From: Octopus sinensis | Taxonomy: Eukaryota | Length of the DNA stretch: 64,000 nucleotides | Assembly: GCF_006345805.1 (NCBI RefSeq) | Contig: NC_043007.1 | Location: 10,168,001-10,232,000 of the forward strand | Direction: 5' to 3' | Shown here: piece by piece, positions 26,231 to 40,100 of the stretch | How positions within the stretch are numbered: the stretch's first letter is position 1 | Layout of the letters: every line of letters begins with the position of its first letter | The notes under the pieces: generated by a model | What the model was told of the DNA's origin: nothing | The model's database searches: none | The model's input: only the letters and a program-made list of their open reading frames with translations | Made by a program: the position numbers and the translations under genes

Positions 26231-26904
26231 TTAGAGATGTCAATATCCTTTCTTCTATATGCACAAAACCTGAATTTTGAGGGAGAAGGCTATTCGATCA
26301 TATCAATCACAGTGTTTGGTATTTATTTCTATTTCTTTACTACCCACAAGGGGCTAAACACAGAGGGGTCAAACAAGGACAGACAAACGGATTAAGTCAA
26401 TCACATCGCCCCCAGTGTGTAACTGGTACTTATTTAATCGACTCCGAAAGAATGAAAGGCAAAGTCGACTTCGGCGGAATTTGACTCAGAACGTGAAGAC
26501 GGACGAAATGCTGCTAAGCATTTTGTCCGGTATGCTAACGATTCTGCCAGCACACCGCTTTTGAGATGATTGATATCACCATAAATGTAGTTGATCCATG
26601 TTGATTGATTTTGACATTAACAGGCATTAGATTATAACCCCCAACAACGAGCGAACCTCTACACGGTGACTCGACCTGCTGGAAACAGCAGCTAAATTCC
26701 TCATAAATCAAACCCTACTGTATTTAACTAAAAGTGAAAATAAACAAAAGAGAACACATTATATAATGTAGTCATATGTAACACTGTCTCAAAAGGTTGG
26801 ACCGTCACGAATGGAACAGACTATCGATTAATAACAAATAGTTTAGCCCTGTTACATGGAATGATCACCTTATTTCTGAGAAAGGTATTTCAAGAAGAAA
26901 TCGG

Positions 26905-27260
26905 TTGCACTGTGTGTGTATATATACAAATACATACACACACACATATATATATAAGCATCAATATACACACACACATATATATACACATATATAAGCA
27001 TCAATATACACACACACATATATATATACACATACACATATAAGCATCAATATACACACACATATATAAGCATCAATATACACACACACATATATATACA
27101 CATATATAAGCATCAATATACACACACACATATATATATATACATATACATATATAAGCATCAATATACACACACATATACACATACACATATATAAGCA
27201 TCAATATACACACACACACACATATATAAGCATCAATATACATACATACATATATATATA
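26905..27260. repeat. Compound minisatellite: TATATAAGCATCAATATA(CA)n units
   Basis: About eight copies of the AAGCATCAATA core separated by variable CA/TA spacers. Confidence 0.85.
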
Positions 27261-27499
27261 CACATATATAAGCATCAATACACACACATGTATATATACA
27301 CGTACACACAAATATGCATGCATGCACAAACATTCACACACACACACATACCTACATACAATTTCCACAACAAAATCATTATAGTAATATATATTTAGTC
27401 ATAAGCTAGATTTCCAGTATAGTAACAACAATATAAGACACGATGCTTATCTGTAAACATAAATCAGTGAATTAAGGAAATACATGAAAAATAAAGTAA

Positions 27500-27897
27500 A
27501 TTGAAACAATAACATGGAACGAACGAGGAAATAAAAATTGTCTTCCGATTAAAAAGATTTCGGAATACGATAAATATTATCCCCAGTAACAAGTTTATCG
27601 AATATCAAACGTGCTTTTTGTCTGATACGAACCATTATTGCTTAAAAGCGGCAACTTTGGACATTTTCCACGGCAGAAGATAAACTAAGACCAACATGTT
27701 GTAACGCATTGAATCATGGTTAGAAAAAAGTTTTTCTTTTTTTTTAAATGTATAAAAAAATGATAAGCGTAGTTTTTTTTAAAAATTAAATGTAATCATG
27801 AAAAATTGGTTAAATAATTATTTTATTGAAAATTTAAATATGTACATTTTTTTTAAAGGTCTCGTTGTGAGCGTGAAGTTCGTTGAGCAAGAGAAGC
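27500..27897. promoter_or_regulatory. Probable NDUFB11 promoter/5' UTR, possibly shared with ATRIP
   Basis: Repeat-free, locally CpG-containing stretch just upstream of the NDUFB11 ATG. The ATRIP first coding exon has an acceptor, so it needs an upstream non-coding exon. Transcription starts are not identifiable from the sequence. Confidence 0.35.
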
Positions 27898-28110
27898 ATG
27901 GCGGCATTGTTACGTTATTCGACGAGGTTGATTCGACCTCTAAGTAAAATACGCTCGGGTCATCGGCTTCCCTTGTCAGCAGCGTTTATATCGACGTCCC
28001 CTAAAAATAAAGATGTTATTACATCTTTGGATCCCATGATAAGAGAAAAAACTCCTGAAATTAAGGGACTTGAGAAACATTTCGAAAATATTGATGAAAG
28101 CGACGACAAG
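27898..28110 (+). CDS. NDUFB11: NDUFB11 coding exon 1 (71 codons)
   Basis: ATG at 27898; donor AAG|gtaaga. Confidence 0.9.
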
Positions 28111-31100
28111 GTAAGAAATGAGTTTTGTCCTTGCCAATGTTTACAATGATGCATTAAGCGTATCTATGGTTGTTGTTTAATACCCAGGTCAGCCTTGATC
28201 CTACAGACCCCCTATCAAAGACATTCCTAGCCACGAACGTCTATCTTTTCGTATGTCGTGCACTAAATTACATATTATGTCCTTCTGTTAGTCAGCACGG
28301 TAGGACGTATTCTAGAAGCATTTCGCTGCTATTTCTGATATTTTAATTCATCGCTTACCGGTTCTCTCTGAATATATTTTACTCAGGTGTTTGACTGTTT
28401 TGTTGTCGAACATTTACCGAATAAGTTTTAATTCATCGAATTAAATATTAATATTCTAGTGAAAAAAGCAACGTTTTTCAAACAGTGTAATTTTCGTCCT
28501 AAATACCCTTGAGTAAGCGCGTGTCTTCGACGTTAGAGTGTTAACCTGCGATTGAAGTAAGATCCTAGTTAACCCTAGGCTTCCTAGACCGGGTGGTGTG
28601 TTGTGTTTTTGAGCAAAACACATTTCACGTTGCTGAGCGATCACTTTGTCATTTAGTTTGTGACACATCGAGCACTTGTACCAGCAATATCGATATGATG
28701 GGAGTGAGTGAGCTTAATGTACGTGACATTTTGATTACTATAAACAAATCATCTGTGCAGGTTCTTCGACAAGAAATTGCGGAACCCTAATCTGTCATCT
28801 ATGCCAGGAGAGTTCATCACCGTTGGGTTTCGAAACTTCTCATATTAATTTCAGGTATGTACATACCTGGCAAGCGAGTTGAATCTGAAACAAGTGTATC
28901 GTTGGAGACATATACAAGCCATTCAAAATCACACAATTTGATTTGCACATTTATTTGGAAGGCGGTGAGCTGGCTGAAACGTTAGCACGCCCGGGCAAAA
29001 TGCATAGCCGTATTTCGTCTGCCGTTACGTTCTGAGTTCAAATTCCGCCGAGGTCGACTTTGCTTTTCATCTTTTCGGGGTCGATGCATTAAGTACCAGT
29101 TACGCACTGGGGTCGAAATAACCGACTTAATCCCCTTGTCTGTCCTTGTTTGTCCCCTTTCTGTTTAGCCCCTTGTGGGTAGTAAAGAAATAGGTATTTC
29201 GTCTGCCGTTACGTTCTGAATTCAAATTCCGCCGAGGTCGACTTTGCCTGTCATCCTTTTGGAGTCGATAAATTAAGTACCAGTTTCGCACTGGGGTCGA
29301 TGTAATCGACTTAATCCGTTTGTCTGTCCCTGTTTGTCTCTCTCTGTTTATCCCCTTGTGGGCAATAAAGAAATTTATATTCTCCAACGTCTGTACAGTT
29401 AATATATAGTTAAACTCCCGGGACCCCAAAACAAAAACAAAAAACAGACTAATAGGTGTAAAAAAAAAATGTGTAGAAAACGAAATGTAAACAAAAATTT
29501 GTGCAAACAAACGACACGGGGATGTGGAGAGAGGACTATAGGAAAGTTCACACGACCCGTTTTTCCCCGCATAACTTTCAGGAAAATGGATATATATAGG
29601 CGCAGGAGTGGCTGTGTGGTAAGTAGCTTGCTTACCAACCACACGGTTCCGGGTTCAGTCCCACTGCGTGGCAGCTTGGGCAAGTGTCTTCTGCTATAGC
29701 CTCGGGCCGACCAAAGCCTTGTGAGTGGATTTGGAAGACGGAAACTGAAAGAAGCCTGTCATATATATAAATATATATGTGTGTGTTTGTGTGTCTATGT
29801 TTGTCCCCCCCAACATCGCTTGACAACCGATGCTGGTGTGTTTACGTCCCCGTTACTTAGCGGTTCGGCAAAAGATACCGATAGAATAAGTACTAGGCTT
29901 ACAAAGAATAAGTCCTGGGGTCGATTTGCTCGACTAGAAAGGCGGTGCTCCAGCATGGCCGCAGTCAAATGACTGAAACAAGTAAAAGAATAAAGAGATA
30001 TATTAATGAAATTTTATAGAAATACAGTTCAAATGGCATAACCATCTGTTATTAACTGTGTGTACAGTATGTTCGAGAATAAAACATACCGTGTAGACTT
30101 ATTGTTTACATTTGTCGTAAAAAACAGTTTTGATAAATTAACTTAAAACTAAAAATCGCCACAATAAATCCAGATTATCTAGTGGAAGGAAATCCAGGCG
30201 ATTGTAACATTTATGCTTTGGTACTGTTCGTTTATCTTAGTCCCTAATTGAATTGGTTTCGTTGTCAATTTATTGCTGGTGCATGGGACCCTGTGGGGTC
30301 TTGCTTTTGTTTTTGCTTAGCCCTAGGGGATCTTTTCGGTTTGAACGGCAGTTTTTTTTAGCGGTGTCATATGAAATTGTCACCCATAATTATGACCCTA
30401 GTATCGATCTATTGCATTTCAATCTGTTTTAGGGTTAGGGTGGGGAGAAGGGTATCTTTTTTTCTTCAAAAATGTAAATAAGCCCAATCTGTTTCTTAAA
30501 CGAGGGACATATTCATACGGCACAGAATGTTTTCACCTCAATAGATGTCATTGATTGGTTGAAATTGAAGAAAAAACAACAACAATAAATATCTTACAAA
30601 CCATAGAATTTTCTCAAAGCCAAGAGAAAAAGATGTTTTATAAACACATTCTAATAGTATACGAAGTTTAAAAGGGTTTAGTTACGTGGAAATTATTAAA
30701 AAAAACTGCCGTTCAAACCGAAAAGATCCGCTCTCGGATTATACGGTCGATTACTCGGTTTCCAAGGCCTATAAGTGACCGACATCATAATATTCCCCTC
30801 GAACAACACGCTGGTCCCTTGCAGTGTTCAAGGTCAGTTTCCAGAGGAACGGACAAGTCGATTACATTGGCTCTAGTAATTGGCTGGTATTTTATTTTAT
30901 CGACTTCGAAGGAATGAAAGGCCAAGTTGGTGGTCCCGGTGCGCGCACTCGTGCATCCGCGCTAGCTAGTCGTGACTTGTCGATCCTTACTTTGTGTTTT
31001 TGTGTTTTATTTACTTTGCTAGGTAGTCGTTTTAGGATCGACTAGGGATCTTTTCTAAAAGATGGACAGAATTTTTCTCAAAAAAACTAATTGAAATTAA

Positions 31101-34100
31101 TGTTTTCTTTTGACACATTCTACCAGTATACGAAGTTTCAAATTATTTAGTTAAGTAGAAATTCTGTCCATCTTTTAGAAAAGATCCCCGACTAGTCACG
31201 ACTAGCTAGCGCGGATACGCGAGTGCGCGCACCGGGACCACTCTTCTTAAACAGTACCTATTTCTTTATTACCCACAAGGGGCTAAACACAGAGGGGACA
31301 AACAAGGACAGACATAGGTATTAAGTCGATTACATCGACCCCAGTGCGTAACTGGTACTTAATTTATCGACCCCGAAAGGATGAAAGGCAAAGTCGACCT
31401 CGGCGGAATTTGAACTCACAACGTAGTGGCAGACGAAATACCGCTAAGCATTTCGCCCGGCGTGCTAACCTTTCTGCCAGCAGTACCGGCAAAGTTAACC
31501 TCTCAGAACGTTAAAAGTCAAAAGAACAGACGTATTAACGAATCTGCCAGCACGCTGTCTGTAAGAAGACTTCATTATCATGGGTAAATGTCCTATCAAT
31601 ATTAGAAGATAAAGGGAGAAAACTAAGCACGACTAACCCATTTCTACTAACAATAAATAGTGATACCTCGCAGTACGAGTTTAATTCGTTCCTTGGCCGA
31701 GCTCGTTTGACGATTTACTCGTTTTACAAATCAATTTTCCCCCATTGAAATGAATTAAAATATAATTAATCTCTTCCAGCCCATCCATAAATAATTTTTC
31801 TATGGATTTTAAAACAGAAAAGCTGCAGTTAAAAGGAAAATGACAATTATAAAAACACGCTGAGAGTAGCTGAAGCATGGAACAAACTGCCGGCATCAGT
31901 TGTTAGTTGTCGGAGCACTGCATCCTTCAAAACTTCCATGCTTCCTGAGATTCGCCAACACTACACTTGATTTTCTCCCCTCCATACACACACAACCATG
32001 TATCTGACTCATACATTCTTCGCTTTCCAGACATTTCTACATTACTGCATGTACTTTATATGCACTTTCTGACAAGTTGTGGCGCACCTGAGCACTGTAT
32101 ACAATTAATTTCATTATTATTATTATTATTATAATAAAAGAGAATGCAAAAGAAATATGTAAACTGGTTAGTACGTTTTGGTTATTTCACCCCCATTAAA
32201 AATTGCCATTAAAAACTGGGTTATCTCCCCACTAAAAAATTGAGTTTCTGTGACAAGAGATTGGATTAAAAGAGATCCTTTTGATTCAGTACTTCAAACG
32301 CATTGTTGACGTTTGGCCTTTTCAATAGGCATGAGATAACCAAAAAAGTACCGATTATTGTTTGGAAGGAGAATCTCCTTCCATTAAGACTCCAGGAAGA
32401 ACAGTTTCTGGCGTTTTCTGGGATCTTTTTGGTTTGAATGGCAGTTTTTAACATAATTTCTTGGTAACTAAAAAATTTTAAACTTCGAATACTGGTAGAA
32501 TATGTTTATAAAACATCTTTTTTCTCTTGGCTTTATTGAGAAAATTCTATGGTTTGTAAGATATTTGTTGTTGTTTTTCTTCAGTTTCTGCAATTTCAAC
32601 CAATCACTGACGCCTATTGACGTAAAAAAACATTCTGTGCCGTATGAATATGTCCCTCGTTTAAGAAACAGATTGGGTATATTTACATTTGTGAAGAAAA
32701 AAAGATACCCTTCCCTCCACTTCTAACCCTAAAACAGATTGAAATGCAATAGATCGATACTAGGGTCAGAATTATGGGAAGCAATTTCATATGACACCGC
32801 TAGAAAAAACTGCCGTTCAAACCGAAAAGATCCGTTTTCTGTCTCACTTCGTTTAATTTAGGCTTTTTGGATACACTTTCTTCACTTACAGGTCGTTTCA
32901 TTAGAAACGCATCAAGAGAAGTCTGCTTTTTCCTGCCTGTCAAAATGTTACGAAAATGCGCCAGAGCAGAGTCATTAAATAAAGCGACTGCACGACCTTA
33001 GATACTTTTTCGGGGTGATTTTTTTTTTTTCTACAAATTCAGAAACATACTGCCTTTGTCACTCGTAGAGGTAGCCTTCTTCGCTACACTCTCCTCCTCC
33101 AGAGACTCAGTCTCTTCCACCGCATCCGAATACTGCTGCTTCTGAAGCTGCAGGGGTTCATCTGTCGTCAGCTTCTCTGAGTGCCAGGCCATATTGGTGA
33201 TTTTCTGGCAGTTAGCAATGTTGTAGTTCTCTTCCAAAACTCACGAAGGGTAAGATTTGTATTTTGGGTGTTTGGTGTACAATTTCTTAAAATTAGAAAT
33301 CACAAGTTGGTCCACGGGCTGCAAGATAGGGGTGGTGTTTTGCATGAAAGGTATAAAACTTTTGTGAATCTAAATTCGTCCAGGATTTATCCTCTTCGAG
33401 GAGCATTGTTGAGGATGAGGAGGGCCTTGAGAGGAAAATTGTTCTCCAGAAGGTACTTTTTCCACTTCTAGTCCGAAGATAAGGTTGACCCACTCGGTGA
33501 AGAATTGCCTGATGACCTAGGCTTTAACGTTTACCCCCCCCCATGACCTGCAGCTTCTTCTTCAGGATTTTGTGCGACGTGAATGTTCGTGGGTTTTCGG
33601 AATGGTAGACAAGGAGCGGCTTAAATCCTCAAGTCTCTACTCGCATTGGCACCAAGAATTAGCCGGTACTACTTAAGAAGAGTGGTCTCGGTGCGCGCAC
33701 TCGCTTAATCGCGCATCCGCGCTAGCTAGTCGTGACTAGTCGATCCTTACTTTGTGTTTTTGTGTTTTATTTACTTCGTTTTAAAAAAAATTATTTACTT
33801 TGTGTAAAAAAAATTATTTATTTTGTGTTTTATTTACTTTGCTAGGTAGTTGTTGTAGGATCGACTCGTCACGACTAGCTTGCGCGCACCGGGACCACTC
33901 TTCTTAAGTAGTACCGAATGTAATTATCTTTCATAGGCTTGTGGCCTGGTATTTTCTTCTCCTTTGCAGTCAGGTTCTTCTGGGCACCCCACCCCACAAA
34001 CGCCAGGTTCATCACAGTTGAATACCTGTTGTGCGATGTACTCCTCGGCTGCGATGAGCTGCGTAATTCATGTTCGAAATCCTCAGCTGCATTTGTGTCG

Positions 34101-37100
34101 GAACTTGCAGCTTCTCCATACTTGATGACACCATGAACGCCAGTCCTCTTCCTGAAATTATCGAACCAGCCGCGACTGACTTTAAAATGCGTCTGCTGAT
34201 GTTTCCTCCCTCGATGTTCCAGGGGTTCTGCTTCAAGAGATCCCAATACAGCGCTCGTGCCTTCTCACCGATGATGGTCTCCGTAATCGTACCCCCCTTC
34301 GAGTTACTTCTCGTTGATCCACAGAAGAAGCGATTTTTTTCCACCTCTTCTTGGACAGATGTGCTTTGCTTGGAGAGCCTGGAGACACCATTTGCTGTTG
34401 TAACGGCCTTGATCTTGTCCTTTTTCTTCAGGATGGTGCTGATCGTCGACGTGTTTTGGTTGTATTAACGTGCTATATCCCCTACATGCACTCCTCTCAT
34501 GTTTATCAATGACTAGCAGTATCGCCCGGCGTTGCTCAAGTTTGTAAGGGAAATAACTATAAAGCATTTTTAGAGAGTTATAGCCAAAAAAATAGCAAAA
34601 AAATGGAAAAAAATGATGGTAAATTTTTTTTTGAGATTTAAAAAAGGTGGAGTTGCGTCCCCATGACAGTCTGTGGTTTGTGTTTCTGATTCTCGACCCC
34701 ATGTCGAATTTATCGATTTTTTTCAGAACTGGGGGAACTTTTCAAAATTTTCGCTGCGTTAGTTTTGAATTATGACATTGGGCTATGTGTGTGTCAAGTT
34801 TCATCAGAATCGGTTGAAAGCCGTGGTCAGGGTGAGGGTACGAGAAAACAGACACACAGAAACACGCACAGACAAACTGCCGTTTATATATAGAGAGATT
34901 TTTTATCTTCATTTGTATCGTAATCAGCTTATTCTTCTTCTCAGCACTGTCCTTTGCATTAGCCTTCTTAGGACTCACGGCTATAGCAAAAACTGTACAA
35001 ACATTAAAACAAAAACACTAGGAGAATACAACAGGGATGCTGCCGCAACGAAATAAGCACGTGAACTGGGCGAGTTCAGCGCTGACTAGTGATTGCTTGT
35101 ATGAAACTCACTCGTACAAAAATTCGCACGAGACCTGGCACGTACCGCAAATTACTCGTACAATGGGGCACTCGTTCTGAAAGGTTCTACTGTGTATACT
35201 AACGTAGATACATGGACACGTCGTTGCGGGGCATGGAGGGAACAGAAAGGGGGGGGGGACACACACACAGTCGATTAGATCAACTTGAGTACTTGATCTA
35301 GACTTTGGATGAAAGGCTGTCGATTTCGGTGGCATTTCATCGAAACGACCGTGTTAAGACTGTCTCGAATTCCGGTGGGATTTTTGTGCGTGTTTGCGAT
35401 GTATTTTACATCGTTTTATTTCCAACTCTTATTCTAAAAATTTCCTACATAGACATGTAGCTTATCAGTAAATCTCATTTTGTAAGTACTTCTTTTATCG
35501 TATTTGATAGCATGTCATGTAAAAATTCACTTTTTTTTTTCCCCCCCACAAAATATTTCAAATCATACTGAGCCCTTTGTGTCAAGTTGAGCCTTCCATA
35601 AATTTTAATGGACAAAAAAACTACCCCCTCCTGAACATGCGCTTCTGAAATTACTCGTGCGTTTTTGTTTTTTTTTATACCATCAAATTACGATAACTTC
35701 AGCGGTTGTCATCCTTCTGGTTCAGGGAAGCTCACTAGGTCTTAAGGAATATGCACTATATATAGTTATGCAGAGTTGCCTCCCCTGGATTATTAATGTA
35801 AATGTGTTCAACACGCACTTTCCTTCCTTCTTTTATCACATGCTGTTATTTCTCCGTCTTTATATCTACCTGTCTCTCTTATTCCAAAGTTTGAATTTTT
35901 TTTGTTTAGTGCTGTTTCCGAGTGGAGTAGATCATCCAAATGTAAAATGTTTGTTCCAACACTGAATTTAAAGAACCAGCCGACCTTATAAAATACGCAG
36001 AGTTTAAAAAAGAAGGAAGAAGGCGTTCATTCTCACCGTTATAACTTCTGACCGGATTTAGTAGACAGAGACTGTGGGGAAGCCTGTCGTATATATCTCT
36101 TTTTATCTGTTTCACTCATTGGACTACGGTCATGCTGGGGCACCGCCTTGAATGATTTAGTCGAACGAATCTACGCCAGCAGTTACTTTTGTAAGCCTGG
36201 TAATTATTCTGTTCGTCTCTTAGGATCTTTTCGGTTTGAACGGCAGTTTTTTCTAGCGGTGTCATGAAATTGCCACCCATAATTATGACCCTAGTATCGA
36301 TCTATTGCATTTCAATCTCTTTTAGGGTTAAGGTGAGGAGTGGGGGGAAGGGTATCTTTTTTTCTTCACAAATGTAAATAAACCCAATCTGTTTCTTAAA
36401 CGAGGGACATATTCATACGACACAATGTTTTCACCTCAATAACGTCCATTGGTTGAAATAGCAGAAATTGAAGAAAAACAACAACAAATATCTTACAAAC
36501 TCTAGAATTTTCTCAATAAAGCCAAGAGAAAAAAATGTTTTATAAACACATTCTGCCAGTATACGAATTTTAAAATTTTTTAGTTACCAAGAAATTATGT
36601 TAAAAACTGCTGTTCAGACTGAAAAGATCCATCTCTTTTGCTGAGCAGCTAAATTACAGGGACGTAAACAAACTTATGCCGGTTGCCTGGTGGTGGTGGG
36701 TCAAGGACAAACTCAGACGCACACACACACATACACTCACTCGCGATGCCTGAAATTTTGTGGGGTGCGGTTAATCGACTACATCGATTATTTCATCTTA
36801 TGAAACCCGAAAGGATAAAGGGCAAAGTCAACCTCAGTGAAATTTGAACTTGGAACACAAAACTGGAAGAAATGTTACTAAGCAATGTTATAGGCGCAGG
36901 AGTGGCTGTGTGGTAAGTAGCTTGCTAACCATCCACATGGTTCTGGGTTCAGTCCCACTGCGTGGCATCTTGGGCAAGTGTCTTCTGCTATAGCCTCGGG
37001 CCGACCAATGCCTTGTGAGTGGATTTGGTAGACGGAAACTGAAAGAAGCCTGTCGTATATATATGTATGTGTGTGTTTGTGTTTGTCCCCCTAGCATTGC

Positions 37101-40100
37101 TTGACCACCGATGCTGGTGTGTTTACGTCCCCATCACTTAGCGGTTCGGCAAAAGAGACCGATAGAATAAGTACTGGGCTTACAAAGAATAAGTCCCGGA
37201 GTCGATTTGCTCGACTAAAGGTGGTGCTCCAGCATGGCCGCAGTCAAATGACTGAAACAAGTAAGAGTAAAAGAGAAAAGAGTAAGCCAGCTGACAACAG
37301 GAAGGCTTTAGAAAATGTTTCAGTAAATTCCATCTGCTCCATGCAGACATTGGAAAGTAGATTTTAAAATGACGACAACAATGGCAATGATGACAATTCA
37401 GACATTTTTGCAAACAATGTTTTACTAAAATGTTTTACTTAAAAGTAACAAAATTTTGTTTATATTTTCAGAACTGGATTACCTATGGTTATGATTTTGT
37501 TGATAAAGACCTGGATCGTTTTATCCACAACATGACCATGTTTCTCTCAATAACGCTATGTCTTGTGGGCGGAACCTTTTTGCTAGCATATCTACCTGAT
37601 CGGAGGTATTTCTAATTTTTCAATTTATCTTTTATTTTTTTATGCTTTTATTTTTGACCTTTGTTTCTATAATCTTTGTGGTCTCAGTAGCTCTACTATT
37701 TGCTTCCCAACCATGTCATCTGGGGTTCAATCCCAGTGTGTGGCATCTTAGAGGCAAGTGTCTTCTACTATAGCCCCAGGCCAGCCAAAACCTTGTGAGT
37801 GGATTTGGTGGACAGAAACTGAAAGAAGCCCATTGTGTATAGGTGTGTGTGTGTGTTTGTGCATGCCCTTGTCCTGACATCATGTGATGGTTGTAAATGA
37901 TTATCACTGTCATACAGGTGATGTTGTTAATTTCTAGTCTTCCATTAAAATCCTGTCTGGCCATGGTCCAGTTTTATTTCATTTGGAAACAGGTGAGGGT
38001 TGGCAATAGAAAAGGTGCTTCAACAAATTCCATCTGATCCATGCATGCATAGAAAAATGAATGTTAAATGATCCTGAGTTATAGGGCTGGTTTCCCAGTT
38101 TCTGTGGCATATACAAGGGGCTGCTGAATAGTTCGTAGCTTTGGGTTAAAAGAAAATACAGGCGGATCAGTTATAATTTTACTCAGCATATTCCCCTCTC
38201 AGATTCACATACTCATTGCAGTGGTCCTTCTAATCCCTGTAAAAGAACTCAGAAGGTTGGGCCTCCAACCTGGCCTTTTGCAATACCCTTAAAACCAGGA
38301 AATTATCAGCACCCCCTTGTATATTCCTCACTGCACGGGATGCCAGTCCATTGCAGGATTACTCATTTTTGCCAGCTGACTGGACTGGGGCAATGTGAAA
38401 TAGTGTTTTGCTCAAGAAGACAATATGTCACCAGGTCTAGGAATTGATTACGAGTCCCATATCCTAACCACTAAGCCACAAACCTTCACAAGTGAAAGCT
38501 AAATGATGCTGATGATGATGATGATGACGACAACACATAAACTCACATTCTTACACACAACAGTCTAACAAAACATTTATTAGGTTGTCCAGAAAGTTCT
38601 GAGTGTTTTTAAGCCAAATCTTTTAACAGGAGTGGCTGTGTGGTAAGTAGCTTGCTTACGAACCACATGGTTCCGGGTTCAATCCCACTGCGTGGCACCT
38701 TGGGCAAGTGTCTTCTACTATAGCCTCGGGCCGTCCGAAGCCTTGTGAGTGGATTTGGTAGACGGAAACTGAAAGAAGCCCATCGTATATATGTATATAT
38801 ATATATATGTATGTGTGTGTCTGTGTTTGTCTCCCCAACATCGCTTGGCAACCGATGTTGGTGTGTTTACGTCTCCGTAACTTAGCGGTTTGGCAAAAGA
38901 GACCGATAGAATAAGTGATGGGCTTACAAAGAATAAGTTCCGGGGTCGATTTGCTCGACTAAAGGCGGTGCTCCAGCATGGCCACAGTCAAATGACTGGA
39001 ACAAGTAAAAGAGTAAAGAGAGAGAGAGAGAACAATTCATTGAGCACACCAGAAACATAACACAGTTAAAACTTGAGTGTTGCTTGAAGTGGTAGTGCAT
39101 CTCTTTGTTGTTGACTAAAAATAGATTTATCTTTCATTCTGGTTACCCTTTGATTTGTGTTAGCCGTGGGTCCTAAGAAGGTTAATGCAAAGGACAGTGC
39201 TGAGAAGAAGAATAAGCTGATTACGATACGATGGAAGATTGAAGTCATTAATAAACATGAGAGGAGTGCATGTAGTTCTGGTTACCTTTGACATTTGAAA
39301 TGGATGACCAAAAATTTCATATTCACGTTGTAATGCTTTTCTTTTTAAATAAGAAAATGCTGCAAAGATTTGTGTAAACATTTGTGAAGTTTATGGTGAT
39401 GATACTGTAGGTGAATCAACTGTTTGAAGGTGGCTTGCAAAAATTTAATGCTGGAGAGTTTAGCTTTGGGGATGACAGTCGCAGTGGAAGACCTTCAAAA
39501 TTGGATGAAACTGTTTTGAAGGCAAAAATCAAAGAAACTCAAATATCACGACTAGAGAACTTGCAGAAGAGTTGGATGTTTCAAAAAGTACGGCTCATAA
39601 ATACCTAGTGAAGCTAGGATACATTTCTTGTTATAAGATATGGGTCCCTCACAGACTCTCAGAAAAGAATGGTTTGGACTGGTATTCCATTTGTGATATG
39701 CTTTTGAAACAAAATGAAAGCATGCCTTTTATTTATTTATTTTTTTTGGAACAATTTGTGAGTGGAGATGGAAAATGGATTGTGTACAAAAGCGTAATGC
39801 GAAAAAGATCCTGGAGTTTGAGTAAGGATCCCTCAAAACAGCAAGCAAAGATGAATATCCATGCCAAAAAAGCTATGCTTTGTGTTTAGTGGGATCATAA
39901 AGGCTTTATTTATTATGAGCTTCTCCCACAAAACCAGACCATTAATTCTGATGTGTACTGTTGTCAGCTGGCTAATTTGAACCAAAAATCTAAGAATTGA
40001 GACCAGAGATTGTCAATAGGAAAGTGGTAGTGTTCCAACAAGACAATGCCCGACAACGTGTCTTTGGCTACCCAAACAAAGTTACATGAACTTGGCTGGG

